Source: Candidatus Kaiserbacteria bacterium
GTDB lineage: Bacteria > Patescibacteriota > Minisyncoccia > Phycocordibacterales > UBA918
Direction of reading: 5' to 3'
Length of the DNA: 64,000 bases
Assembly (NCBI GenBank): GCA_016699245.1
Contig: CP064968.1
Coordinates: 704,317 to 768,316, forward strand
The notes under the pieces are model-generated. The model did not search any database. It had not been told where the DNA came from and worked only from the letters and a program-made list of their open reading frames with translations. Below, one piece after another: positions 37,254 through 46,511 of this stretch; positions within the stretch are counted from its first letter, which is position 1, and every line of letters starts with the position of its first letter. The translations under genes and the position numbers were made by a program.

Positions 37254-38159
37254 TCAAAAATTGTTCTGAAAGGTGCTGAGCGAATCACCAGTAATCCGCT
37301 CAAAGAAGGTGAGGCTCGCTGTGACGCCTGCACGTACAACCTCGTCAGAAAAGGTGAGCGGCGGACCACTCTTGTTTCCTCCCCACTGGCGAACAGCATC
37401 CTTTCTGAAGATTTCCCTGTCTGCCCAGGGGGGATCTTCTCCGACAATGATTTTGCTTCTTTCGACAAAACGACAGCAACTACTCGTAAGCCATTCTCCA
37501 CCAAGAGAAATCTCATTGTGAGAGCAGACTCCCACTAACGCCCTGAAGTTAACAATTTCAACTCCCTTTTTCAGAGTGAAGTTATTTCCTCTTTCATAAA
37601 CTTTATACGCAAGATCAAGAACATGTCGGGAAAGCATAGTTCGAACATTATCTCCGTTTGCCGGATTATGAGTTCCCCAATTTTCCCTCGGAGCAAATAC
37701 AACAAGTGGCAAAGAAGACATCAATGTGAGTCCTCTGGAAAAGTTGATTCCATAGGGATTTTGCAACCTTTTTTTGTAGTAATCATGCCACAGACTCCCG
37801 ACCATTCGTCGTACATAGATGAGCCTGTACGGTGCCATGAGCAATTTCTTCACGACGAGTGCACAAAGATGGAGGTCGCTCGGATATTCTCCCGGAGGAA
37901 GGTAATTATAAATTTCATTCCCAAACCTGAAAATATGCGTTGGTATACCCTGAAGAGGACCGTGTGCCCAAAACACCAACAGTGCTGTGAGCATCTGCCC
38001 CACCAGTGGAACGGGGGTTGTGTGCACAATATTATGCGTGCTGATAGCATCGGTTGCGACCATGAGAAGAAGGTTTGGATGATCCGGAATTGCGTATAAT
38101 TCCTTCATCTCCCCTTGATGGACAAGAGAAAGATTGTTGAGGTATGGTGTGCGCTTCAT
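37254..38159 (-). CDS. Divergent SAICAR synthetase (PurC) family protein
   Basis: KELYAIPDHPNLLLMVATDAISTHNIV and ...GGEWLTSSCCRFVE resemble the PurC N- and C-terminal motifs. Weak. Confidence 0.4.
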   Translation of the reverse strand: MKRTPYLNNLSLVHQGEMKELYAIPDHPNLLLMVATDAISTHNIVHTTPVPLVGQMLTALLVFWAHGPLQGIPTHIFRFGNEIYNYLPPGEYPSDLHLCALVVKKLLMAPYRLIYVRRMVGSLWHDYYKKRLQNPYGINFSRGLTLMSSLPLVVFAPRENWGTHNPANGDNVRTMLSRHVLDLAYKVYERGNNFTLKKGVEIVNFRALVGVCSHNEISLGGEWLTSSCCRFVERSKIIVGEDPPWADREIFRKDAVRQWGGNKSGPPLTFSDEVVRAGVTASLTFFERITGDSLSTFQNNF

Positions 38160-38372
38160 TGATGCTCTCCTGTTTTCAAGGTCCTATAACATAAAGGTTC
38201 TGCATATGCAGAACCACCACGTTCTAAGATACTGAATCACCAGGTGACTGTCAACAATACAGTCAAATCCTATACGCATTCTCTAATATCTCTCTCCCTT
38301 CCCTAAAAATGATATACTAGAAAAAGTACGCTTCGTCATTTATTTACTTATTTATTATCTACTACTTACTTT

Positions 38373-38975
38373 ATGCACACATACACCCCACACACATTCA
38401 CGCTTCCAGAATTACCAGGAATCTCTGAGAAACAAATCAAAGCACATCTCGGACTCTACGAGGGATATGTAAAACATGTAAACGTTCTTCGTGAACAAAT
38501 TGCAGAACTAACCCTGCTCGACAAGGAAAAGTATGCATACGCGATTATGGAGACACGTCGTCGCTTCGGCTTTGAATTTAATGGTATGCGTATGCATGAA
38601 TACTATTTCTTGCAATTTGAGGGAGGTGCTCTGCCACTCAATACCGAATCCCCGCTTGCACAGGCAGTCACGGAAAAGTATGGTTCGGTAGATGCATTTA
38701 TCACCCATTTCACACAGGTGGGTATGATGCGCGGTATTGGATGGTCAGTACTCTATGCAGACCCACTCCACAATACACTCCACACCGCATGGGTCGCCGA
38801 CCACGAACTCGGACAACTTGGTGGGCTCCCTATCATTCTCGCGATGGACATGTGGGAACACGCATTCATGGTGGACTATCTCCCCGCAGAGAAAAAGCAA
38901 TATATCGAAGCATTCCTCAAGAATGTACACTGGGCACTCCCTGAACGCCGCTTTGCCGCAACACTCGCACAATAA
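38373..38975 (+). CDS. Fe/Mn superoxide dismutase family protein (divergent)
   Basis: LPELPGISEKQIKAHLGLYEGYV, MHEYYF, DMWEHAF(M)VDY place the candidate His/His/Asp/His ligands in SOD-like positions. Confidence 0.55.
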   Translation: MHTYTPHTFTLPELPGISEKQIKAHLGLYEGYVKHVNVLREQIAELTLLDKEKYAYAIMETRRRFGFEFNGMRMHEYYFLQFEGGALPLNTESPLAQAVTEKYGSVDAFITHFTQVGMMRGIGWSVLYADPLHNTLHTAWVADHELGQLGGLPIILAMDMWEHAFMVDYLPAEKKQYIEAFLKNVHWALPERRFAATLAQ

Positions 38976-39050
38976 TTGCTCAGTGTTATTGATTGGCTCC
39001 GGTGTCTATGCTACTTTATGGACTGTTTGTAACTACGAAAGGAAAGTACA

Positions 39051-39323
39051 GTGAAGCTCATCAATAGTATATCTTCCGCGATTCTTTACTATCTTGGAAA
39101 GGAACTTGGAAAACAATCCAAAAATCGACCAGATATTACTCATCGATTTATCATCGGAATCCGAGATGGGATGGATGAGGAAAGCGTTGCTCATACATAC
39201 GGGTTTGGGGATTTATTGTGGGTATTCTGGAGGCGTTGGCATCATGAAATTGCAGACACGAATACTCATCCACCAATTCCATTCACTTCCCTTTCCGGCA
39301 CCTCAGGAAAAGGAAAGCTTTAA
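39051..39323 (+). CDS. Hypothetical small protein
   Basis: GTG start with a GGAAAG SD. A plus-strand hairpin plus T-run at 39397-39435 overlaps the comEC 3' end. Confidence 0.3.
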   Translation: MKLINSISSAILYYLGKELGKQSKNRPDITHRFIIGIRDGMDEESVAHTYGFGDLLWVFWRRWHHEIADTNTHPPIPFTSLSGTSGKGKL

Positions 39324-39371
39324 CGAGATGCAAACACAATAGAAGATGCGATTTCTTTTTATGCATGTCTA

Positions 39372-40985
39372 TCACCGAAACGGAAAAGAAGACTTGGAAT
39401 CCCCTGAAGCGCTTTGCGCTTCTCGGGATTTTTCTTTTTTAGTTTTTAATTTCTCTTTTCCTTCAACCTCTTCTTCAATTATCCATCCTGCGTAGGGGTT
39501 CTCTTCTTCGTTCTGTTTCTCACGAGTGAAATACACATACCCCACTCCCACGAGCACGTATGAAACGAGTACAATCCAAAATGGAAACGCATTCACTGAG
39601 AATGAGGCAAACGGGAGATTTCCGAAAAATTCTGCAATGCGCACAATGTACATAAGCGAAAGGTATGCAAAGAAGCCAAAAAGGGTACCGAGTGGAACAG
39701 AGACAAGCCCGAGGACACCCGTGAGAAATGTGAGTCCCATGGCGGGAGGCACCATGGGGAGCACAAGCACATTTACGACGAGTGCCACTACGGAAAAAAG
39801 TCCCATGTGGTACAAAATGAGTGGGAGAACAGCAATTTGTGTCGCGATGGTCGCGGTCACAAACATGCGGATGCCATACTTTTCTGGTACATACGTGAGT
39901 CGTTTTTCTATGTGTGGCGAAAAAAGGATAAGCCCCAACGTTGCGAGAAACGAGAGTTGGAACCCAGGATCGTGCACGAGGAGGTACGGATTCCACACAA
40001 GCATACCGACAAGTGCGAGCATGAGTGCGCGAATGACTGCATACAGTCGCCCAGTCCCCCGTGCCACAATGAGAAGAATCGCCATAAAAGATGCGCGCAG
40101 AACAGTGGATGAAAATCCGACAAGGAGTGCGAAAGTAATGACAAGCCCTATACCAAGAAACATGCGCGTTCGTGGAAAGAAAAGAAATGCGAGGACGTAC
40201 GTGATAATCTCGACCACAATCATGATGTTGTACCCCGAGAGTACAACAATATGAATGATGCCGGTCTCACGAAACGTTCGCTCAAGATCTTCTCCGAGCG
40301 CACGCTTCACGCCGAGAAGCACTCCCTCTCCCAATCCAGCAGCTGGCTCGGGCACCGCACGCTCGAGAGCATCCATGAATGCACTCTTTCCATGGTAGAG
40401 ACCCCTGAGAAATGAGTTTGTTTCACTTTTCTCAATATGTACCTTCGCATAGGGGAGTGTGTAGAAGACATTTTTTGCACGAAGGTACCCAGGGTAGTCA
40501 AAAGTACGCCCACCATCTGCCTCAAATGCTTCTGGTTTTTTAAGAACACCCTCAGCGTGTACGACATCTCCATACGAAACTCCCTCTTTTGCAAACAGAA
40601 ATCTGTCTGCAGTTACCAAGACGAGTTCATTACTTTCTTCAGTATCTGGCTTTACGTAGAGATGAATAGTCTTCGCCCGATACTCTGGTTCACGTGCGAT
40701 AACTCCATGAATTACCACATTCGTTTCCTCCTGTGCACGAAGGGGAGATTCGTACGTTTCTGCATATCCTAGACGAAACAGACCAAGCGAAGTAGAAATA
40801 AATATGAGCGCACAGAAAAAAAGTGGCGCATCAAATTGAGAAGTCTTAATACGCCACGCAACCAAGCACGCGACCCCGATAAGAAGAACGAGTGCAGCGC
40901 CCTCATAGCCAATATCAAAAAACGAGCGGATAAAAATTCCGCTCGTGAATGCTATACCAATTGTATAAAAAATTGTATTTTGCAT
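39372..40985 (-). CDS. comEC: ComEC/Rec2 DNA-uptake channel (N-terminal DUF4131 plus competence membrane domain, no MBL domain)
   Basis: 537 aa, polytopic. ...IIHIVVLSGYNIMIV...VLRASFMAILLIVA... competence-domain pattern. Confidence 0.75.
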   Translation of the reverse strand: MQNTIFYTIGIAFTSGIFIRSFFDIGYEGAALVLLIGVACLVAWRIKTSQFDAPLFFCALIFISTSLGLFRLGYAETYESPLRAQEETNVVIHGVIAREPEYRAKTIHLYVKPDTEESNELVLVTADRFLFAKEGVSYGDVVHAEGVLKKPEAFEADGGRTFDYPGYLRAKNVFYTLPYAKVHIEKSETNSFLRGLYHGKSAFMDALERAVPEPAAGLGEGVLLGVKRALGEDLERTFRETGIIHIVVLSGYNIMIVVEIITYVLAFLFFPRTRMFLGIGLVITFALLVGFSSTVLRASFMAILLIVARGTGRLYAVIRALMLALVGMLVWNPYLLVHDPGFQLSFLATLGLILFSPHIEKRLTYVPEKYGIRMFVTATIATQIAVLPLILYHMGLFSVVALVVNVLVLPMVPPAMGLTFLTGVLGLVSVPLGTLFGFFAYLSLMYIVRIAEFFGNLPFASFSVNAFPFWIVLVSYVLVGVGYVYFTREKQNEEENPYAGWIIEEEVEGKEKLKTKKEKSREAQSASGDSKSSFPFR

Positions 40986-41006
40986 ATCGCACTTTCTCCC
41001 TCTGCA

Positions 41007-41717
41007 CTACCCTGCCCACTCTGCCTTCAAAGTCATCTCCTCTTCTTTTGAAAAAACTTTTTTGAATTTTGCCTTTTTACCTTTCACACGCGCTTCACAC
41101 TCTGCCCATGTTTTCTGTGAGAGCACTTTTCCTTCGACGAGTGAAACGTATGCATACGCGGGACCAGTCTTTTTTGTTTTTGAGGATGACTTTGAAACCA
41201 CGCGCGCCTTTGGCATTGTACTGAGGAATGCATCATATGCATGTTTGGTACCCTTGAATAATTGCACCACCTCCTTGCGTGCATACCCATTTGCAATCAT
41301 GTCGACACGCTCATTGAGTGCGACCCCTTCATGTCCCCGCACATGTTCCCACGTCACCGTATGCTTCTTCACCTCTGTGAAGAGTTCTTGCCAAATATCT
41401 TTATTGAGTACATCTTTTTTTTCTTTTGTTTGCCATCCATTTTTTTCCCACCCAAAAACCCACTTGGTGATGCCGTTAATTACGTACTGCGAGTCGGTTT
41501 TGAGGGTGAGTGTTGTCTCTGGCTTGCAACTTCTGAGTGCCATGAGTGACGCAGTAAGTTCCATGCGATTATTAGTGGTGTGCGGAGCATCCCCACCCCC
41601 TTCATACGCATGGTCTCCATGAAGTACCGTGAAGCCCCACCCCCCAGGGCCTGGATTCCCAATAGCACTCCCGTCACAATAGATTGTCGTCTGTGTATCT
41701 TTATCAGAAAGTTTCAT
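41007..41717 (-). CDS. rnhA: Ribonuclease HI with ~90-aa Lys-rich C-terminal extension
   Basis: IYCDGSAIGNPGPGGWG...TNNRMEL...TDSQYV...HEGVALNERVD. Confidence 0.85.
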   Translation of the reverse strand: MKLSDKDTQTTIYCDGSAIGNPGPGGWGFTVLHGDHAYEGGGDAPHTTNNRMELTASLMALRSCKPETTLTLKTDSQYVINGITKWVFGWEKNGWQTKEKKDVLNKDIWQELFTEVKKHTVTWEHVRGHEGVALNERVDMIANGYARKEVVQLFKGTKHAYDAFLSTMPKARVVSKSSSKTKKTGPAYAYVSLVEGKVLSQKTWAECEARVKGKKAKFKKVFSKEEEMTLKAEWAG

Positions 41718-41852
41718 GGTCTATATATATGTCCACAATTATCGTTATGCTCTATCAATTCACCTTCTACCGAATATGTGTACCACAGTATAACATTGAC
41801 GCATAAAAATATTTCTGTATGATTCCTTTTGGAACATCAACGAGGAGTAAAA

Positions 41853-42035
41853 ATGAGTACAAACGAGAATGAAAGTATATTTGATCGCTTTTCTCTTGGT
41901 GAGGGTAAAGCGAGCGAAGTGATCAATCCTTCTTCTAGGCCAAATGCTGTCCCTATTGGAAGGGCCATTCACATTCCCGCATCAAAAGACTATCCTACTG
42001 GAGTACATCTGCAGTACATCAAGGTTCAAAAGTAA
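41853..42035 (+). CDS. Hypothetical small protein
   Basis: 60-aa ORF with GGAG 6 nt upstream, followed by terminator 42045-42073. Confidence 0.3.
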   Translation: MSTNENESIFDRFSLGEGKASEVINPSSRPNAVPIGRAIHIPASKDYPTGVHLQYIKVQK

Positions 42036-42044
42036 GAATCTTGC

Positions 42045-42073
42045 AAAAGGCCCGCAAATCACCGCGGGCCTTT
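42045..42073. terminator. Bidirectional intrinsic terminator (also ends recJ)
   Basis: aaaaggcccgcaaatcaccgcgggccttt. Confidence 0.65.
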
Positions 42074-42125
42074 ATCATGCCATCATGAATCCTTCTGTAT
42101 TGCGTAAGATACCTGCTCCATATCC

Positions 42126-43844
42126 TCACTTCACAATATCAATAATACGAATACGTATCTCCTGCCTGCCCATAAAATACGATTTCTCAATATGTCCAAT
42201 GAGAGTATAGATATTCCCCTTTTCTGGCACCACTGAAAAACTGGATGGGAGACGAAAAAAAGCAATGGCATCCTGAAATCCATTTTCTGTTTTGAAACGA
42301 AGTTTTGTGTGATTTTGTGCTTTTCCAAAAATCGAAACACTCTCGGGCACTGCTTCCACAATTTCAAAAATTGGTTTTGGATTCCCCACACCAAAGGGGG
42401 CAAAGGTGTCGAGTGTGCGCATGAGTGTGTCGGTAATATCACTAAGTGTAATACGAGCATCCACTTGAAGTATGTCTGATTCGTGCGGGGTGCTGCTTTG
42501 TTCATCGTGCGCACGGACGAGTGCTTCAGGAAGGGTATGAATTGCATCATGACTGACCGAAAATCCACCCGACGCATGGTGCCCCCCGAAGGTAAGGAAT
42601 GAATCCTTCGCCTGCTCCATAATATGCACAATGCTCGATGTCCCCTCACTCCGGCATGAGCCTTTAATGATTCCCTTTCCATCACGTCCCCAAAGGAATG
42701 TGGGTTTCCCATACTCTTCTGCAAGTGCATTCGCTACCAGCCCCACGAGTGACGGACGCCATTCAGGATTTCCCATCACAATCACCGAAGGAATCAGAGA
42801 AAGTTGACCCATGCGCTTTTTAGCTTCTTTGGTCATACTCGCTACTACTCCCTTACGCTCGTTATTGAGTTTTTCAAGATGTGCGACATACATCCCCGCC
42901 TCCCCTTCATCTTTTGTTCGAAGCATATGAAAAGCATCCTCAGGGTCGTCCATGCGCGATGCGGCATTGATGCGCGGTGCAATAGTAAATCCAATATCAT
43001 CTTCGGTCAGATGTGCTTGGCTTCCTCCTGCTTTGTAGAGCAACTGCTGTATGCCAGGGCGTTTTGATTTACGCAATACCGAAAGTCCATAGCGTGCGAG
43101 TACACGGCTTTCATCCATAAGTGGCATCATATCTGCCACAGTCGCAATACCCACAAGGTCGAGCCACCATTTTTCCCATCCATCTTTTAGCGTAATGCTA
43201 CCATTTTCTTTACCGCGAATAAGAATTGCTTGCACGAGTTTAAAAGCCACCGTCGTCCCGCAAATCCCCTGAAAAGGGTACGCGTTGTTGCGCTTTGGAT
43301 TAATCACTGCATAGGCATTCGGAAGTGTGGCACTCGGCTCATGGTGGTCGGTCACAATTACATCGATACCTGCAACATTTGCTGCGTCCACCGCCTTATG
43401 GTCGGTGATACCACAATCCACGGTAATGATAAGTTCGGCCTTTCGTTCTACAAACTTCGCCACAGAGTCCACATTGAAACCATATCCCTCCTCGTGCCGG
43501 TGGGGAATATAATTTTCAAAATTGGTATACAGAATCGCGGTGAAAAAGTCATGGAGTAACACACCCCCTGGAATTCCATCACAATCATAGTCGGTATAAA
43601 TAACAATATGCTCATTGTTTTTAATAGCACGAAGTACTCGTTCCACTGCCTTTTCCATGTCAGTGAGAAGAAAGGGGCTATGCAGATGAGTCTCATAATC
43701 GGGATTAAGAAATTTTTCTGCACTCTCTGCATCGATAATGCCTCGATGAAATAAAAGTTGCTGTACAAACGTGTCATATATTCGAAGTGTATCGCTCACC
43801 TCTGGGGGAATAGGGCGCGGTGCACGAATTTTAGGATTCGTCAT
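42126..43844 (-). CDS. recJ: Single-stranded-DNA-specific exonuclease RecJ
   Basis: DHH family: YTDYDCDGIPGG, VTDHHEP, GGHHASGG. Confidence 0.85.
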   Translation of the reverse strand: MTNPKIRAPRPIPPEVSDTLRIYDTFVQQLLFHRGIIDAESAEKFLNPDYETHLHSPFLLTDMEKAVERVLRAIKNNEHIVIYTDYDCDGIPGGVLLHDFFTAILYTNFENYIPHRHEEGYGFNVDSVAKFVERKAELIITVDCGITDHKAVDAANVAGIDVIVTDHHEPSATLPNAYAVINPKRNNAYPFQGICGTTVAFKLVQAILIRGKENGSITLKDGWEKWWLDLVGIATVADMMPLMDESRVLARYGLSVLRKSKRPGIQQLLYKAGGSQAHLTEDDIGFTIAPRINAASRMDDPEDAFHMLRTKDEGEAGMYVAHLEKLNNERKGVVASMTKEAKKRMGQLSLIPSVIVMGNPEWRPSLVGLVANALAEEYGKPTFLWGRDGKGIIKGSCRSEGTSSIVHIMEQAKDSFLTFGGHHASGGFSVSHDAIHTLPEALVRAHDEQSSTPHESDILQVDARITLSDITDTLMRTLDTFAPFGVGNPKPIFEIVEAVPESVSIFGKAQNHTKLRFKTENGFQDAIAFFRLPSSFSVVPEKGNIYTLIGHIEKSYFMGRQEIRIRIIDIVK

Positions 43845-43927
43845 AGTGAAGTGATTTTAGCACGCAAACCACATGTGTCCTAAAAGAGTATTTTGCGGAG
43901 TGAATGCTTTTTGATACCATTACGTGC

Positions 43928-44338
43928 ATGAGTACTATTTTCACTAAAATCATCAGCAAAGAAATTCCTGCAGACATTATATATGAGGACGAACACGTGC
44001 TTGCGTTTCTCGACATTAACCCCATCAAGAAAGGTCACGCGCTTGTGGTGCCAAAAGTAGCTTATGAAAATATTTTTGATTGCGACACAATGACACTTAG
44101 CCACATGGTCGAAGTTGCACAAAAAATTGCGCGGGCACAAGTAGCAACCCTCGGTGCAAAAGGAGTAAACCTCCAGATGAATAATGGTCATGAGGCAGAC
44201 CAAGATATTCCCCATGCGCACATACATGTAATTCCCCGATTTGCCCGTTTTGAAGCTTTCGTGAGGGCCTCCCATGAAGCATATACTGATGGCGAAGGCG
44301 CTCACTTGGCAGAGATACTTAAAAAAGCGATTGCATAG
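43928..44338 (+). CDS. HIT family protein (histidine triad nucleotide hydrolase)
   Basis: HAHIHVIPR triad. Start taken at MSTIFTKIISKEIPA (the ORF opens at 43904). Confidence 0.8.
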   Translation: MSTIFTKIISKEIPADIIYEDEHVLAFLDINPIKKGHALVVPKVAYENIFDCDTMTLSHMVEVAQKIARAQVATLGAKGVNLQMNNGHEADQDIPHAHIHVIPRFARFEAFVRASHEAYTDGEGAHLAEILKKAIA

Positions 44339-44364
44339 CAATCGCTTTTTTAAGTATTGGAAAA

Positions 44365-44865
44365 TCAGAATTCTGATTTCAATTCCAACTCCTTCTCATC
44401 AAAATCCATTACTTCCTTCCACTCCATTTTTTCAATACTTTTTCCGTCCTCTTGAAACCATACCTTTCCACGAAGCTTCTCACCTTTGAGAGCTCGTGGA
44501 AGCCAGTACTCATCATCGGCCCACATCTTTTCAAACGGGATTTCAGTGTGCGTGAACCACTGCGGTCGCATCTCTTCGGTTTCAACTGGTTCTCCTTCCC
44601 ACCTATCGACAAAGAACGTATACACCTCAAGATGTTTCCCGTCTGCAAAAAGAAATTCAGTGATTGCGACTTTTTCAAGATCACTCTCTTTAACTACCAC
44701 CCCTGATTCTTCCTGTATTTCTCGCACCGTTGCAGTTTCGATTGACTCCTCATCTTCGACCTTGCCACCGTACCCATTCCAATTCCCCTCTCCGAACCCC
44801 CGTTTTTTCATTGCAAGACAAATCTCTCCATTCCTTTGCAAAAACGCGAGTGTGTATTTTTTCAT
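44365..44865 (-). CDS. Nudix hydrolase (MutT-like)
   Basis: Nudix box GGKVEDEESIETATVREIQEESG. Confidence 0.8.
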   Translation of the reverse strand: MKKYTLAFLQRNGEICLAMKKRGFGEGNWNGYGGKVEDEESIETATVREIQEESGVVVKESDLEKVAITEFLFADGKHLEVYTFFVDRWEGEPVETEEMRPQWFTHTEIPFEKMWADDEYWLPRALKGEKLRGKVWFQEDGKSIEKMEWKEVMDFDEKELELKSEF

Positions 44866-44870
44866 ACTTT

Positions 44871-44935
44871 CTTTTATTGTTTCAATGCCTCTATCCCCGG
44901 AAGAGTTTTATGTTCCAAAAAGTCGAGCGATCATT
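44871..44935. repeat. Remnant copy of the pgk 3' end (encodes LDFLEHKTLPGIEALKQ-stop). Direct repeat of 46511..46574.
   Basis: About 54 nt align with the pgk terminal codons, with 6-7 synonymous differences. Preceded by an in-frame stop, so non-coding. Confidence 0.8.
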
Positions 44936-44962
44936 TAGGTTATACTAAATTAGTGAATAGTG

Positions 44963-45316
44963 TTATTTCGGTAACAGATCAATTATAATTTCTGTTTTTT
45001 GCGTTTTTGGTGTCAAATCATCGTTATATAAACTTGTCGTTGCTGCATTATTTTCGAGAGACGGTACTATCATAGGCATTCCTGATGTTGCTTGTACCTG
45101 CTCATCAGTTGTTGAGCCCAAAATTTCAAAATTTTGATAGTCTCCATCTATTTGCTCTTCTGTTTCATTTTGTGGTATGTCTGAAATTTGAATATCTTTG
45201 TTATTATACATGCCACGGTAATATGTATTAACAAAAAAGAGAATAGCATACAAAATAACGACAAGGACGATAATCCCTATCGATACTTTACACATAGTAC
45301 GCGTTGATTGGTTCAC
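44963..45316 (-). CDS. Hypothetical small membrane-anchored protein
   Basis: 117 aa, N-terminal TM IGIIVLVVILYAILFFV, 15 nt downstream of 45332..46333. Confidence 0.5.
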   Translation of the reverse strand: MNQSTRTMCKVSIGIIVLVVILYAILFFVNTYYRGMYNNKDIQISDIPQNETEEQIDGDYQNFEILGSTTDEQVQATSGMPMIVPSLENNAATTSLYNDDLTPKTQKTEIIIDLLPK

Positions 45317-45331
45317 AAAATAAAATTTAGG

Positions 45332-46333
45332 TTACTCTATGACATCTAATATAACAACACCGTCACGTCCTACGTCTGAATTTGTACATGTACCCACATA
45401 GCTAGCGGTTGTATGACATCCGCTACGGAACACACTACCTCCAGAACCATATCCGAATGGGGTTGTGCCGCCTGGATAAATGCCTGAGGATACAGCCCAC
45501 TGAATTGGACCTCTATTTCCAATTCCATACAAACTTGGACCACAAGCACCAGGACCATTTCCTGCCACAAATGAACCTGTAGCAACCCTGTTTGGTGATG
45601 AATATGCTGGCGTACCACCTCCTACTATTGCGCCGTCCACATGACCAGCAACAGTATAAATACCGCCCAGGTACGTATCCACGCCCCCGACGTATGCACC
45701 ACTCCCCCCTGAACACTCAAGTAATGTACCGCTCACACTTGAGGTAATCTTCGATGAAGATCCGGGATAACCACCAAGACCATCATCATCGCTTGGGTAT
45801 GTGTATATATAATAAGGTGCTCCACGGTCTGCGAGGACTCCAGTATTAACCACCGCACTACCCCTACCACCTCTTCCGACCTGAATATGAATTGTCTCTC
45901 CTGGTGTGAGCGAAATTGGATGTGAAAATACATACCCCCCTGAATGACCGGCAAAAACCGCGTTCACTACTCTCCACCCAACACCACTCCCTCCTCCACC
46001 TGCCATTGTCACCTCTGCACTAGTCACATTTGAAGGCACTACCCAATCTTGAGTAGACGTAAAGACGATTCGTCTTTTATTGATTGCTCTATTATCAACA
46101 TAATCCTTCGTCACCAGTGTCGTGCCTACATCTAAAGCAACTGTTGATGCGGTATTTATTTTACCTACTTTTGTTTGACTATCTGGCCCCACATTAATAG
46201 GCGCAGAAACATTTTGTGATGTTGGGTCTGGTGGTGGTGGCGTCCAAGGACCAGTCCATGCTGATACGACAGTAACGACAAGTGCTAAGGAGACAACGGT
46301 GGTTAGTGTATAGCGAAGGAGTGCTTTATTCAT
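45332..46333 (-). CDS. Secreted Gly-rich protein, paralog of 1330..1947
   Basis: ATG at 46333 (MNKALLRYTLTTVVSLALVVTVVSAWTGPWTPPPPDPTSQNVSAPINV...). The ORF extends to 46450. Confidence 0.6.
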   Translation of the reverse strand: MNKALLRYTLTTVVSLALVVTVVSAWTGPWTPPPPDPTSQNVSAPINVGPDSQTKVGKINTASTVALDVGTTLVTKDYVDNRAINKRRIVFTSTQDWVVPSNVTSAEVTMAGGGGSGVGWRVVNAVFAGHSGGYVFSHPISLTPGETIHIQVGRGGRGSAVVNTGVLADRGAPYYIYTYPSDDDGLGGYPGSSSKITSSVSGTLLECSGGSGAYVGGVDTYLGGIYTVAGHVDGAIVGGGTPAYSSPNRVATGSFVAGNGPGACGPSLYGIGNRGPIQWAVSSGIYPGGTTPFGYGSGGSVFRSGCHTTASYVGTCTNSDVGRDGVVILDVIE

Positions 46334-46511
46334 ATATGGTGGAGTGTGTCTAATGTTAATTAACCCAATATTACTGATAAGTGTAACCCCCCCCCCGCAC
46401 ATGGAGGCAATATGAAGAAGTGGGATAGCGCGTGTAACGGTACTAACCATTCTCTATATTACGCAGTTAATAATTGCTACACCCTCATTTTAATTTTCTT
46501 TTTTCTATTTT

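Noticed and set aside
39526-40254. 242-aa plus-strand ORF
   Set aside because: Antisense to comEC. Hydrophobic mirror frame.
42131-42730. 199-aa minus-strand ORF
   Set aside because: Alternate frame within recJ.
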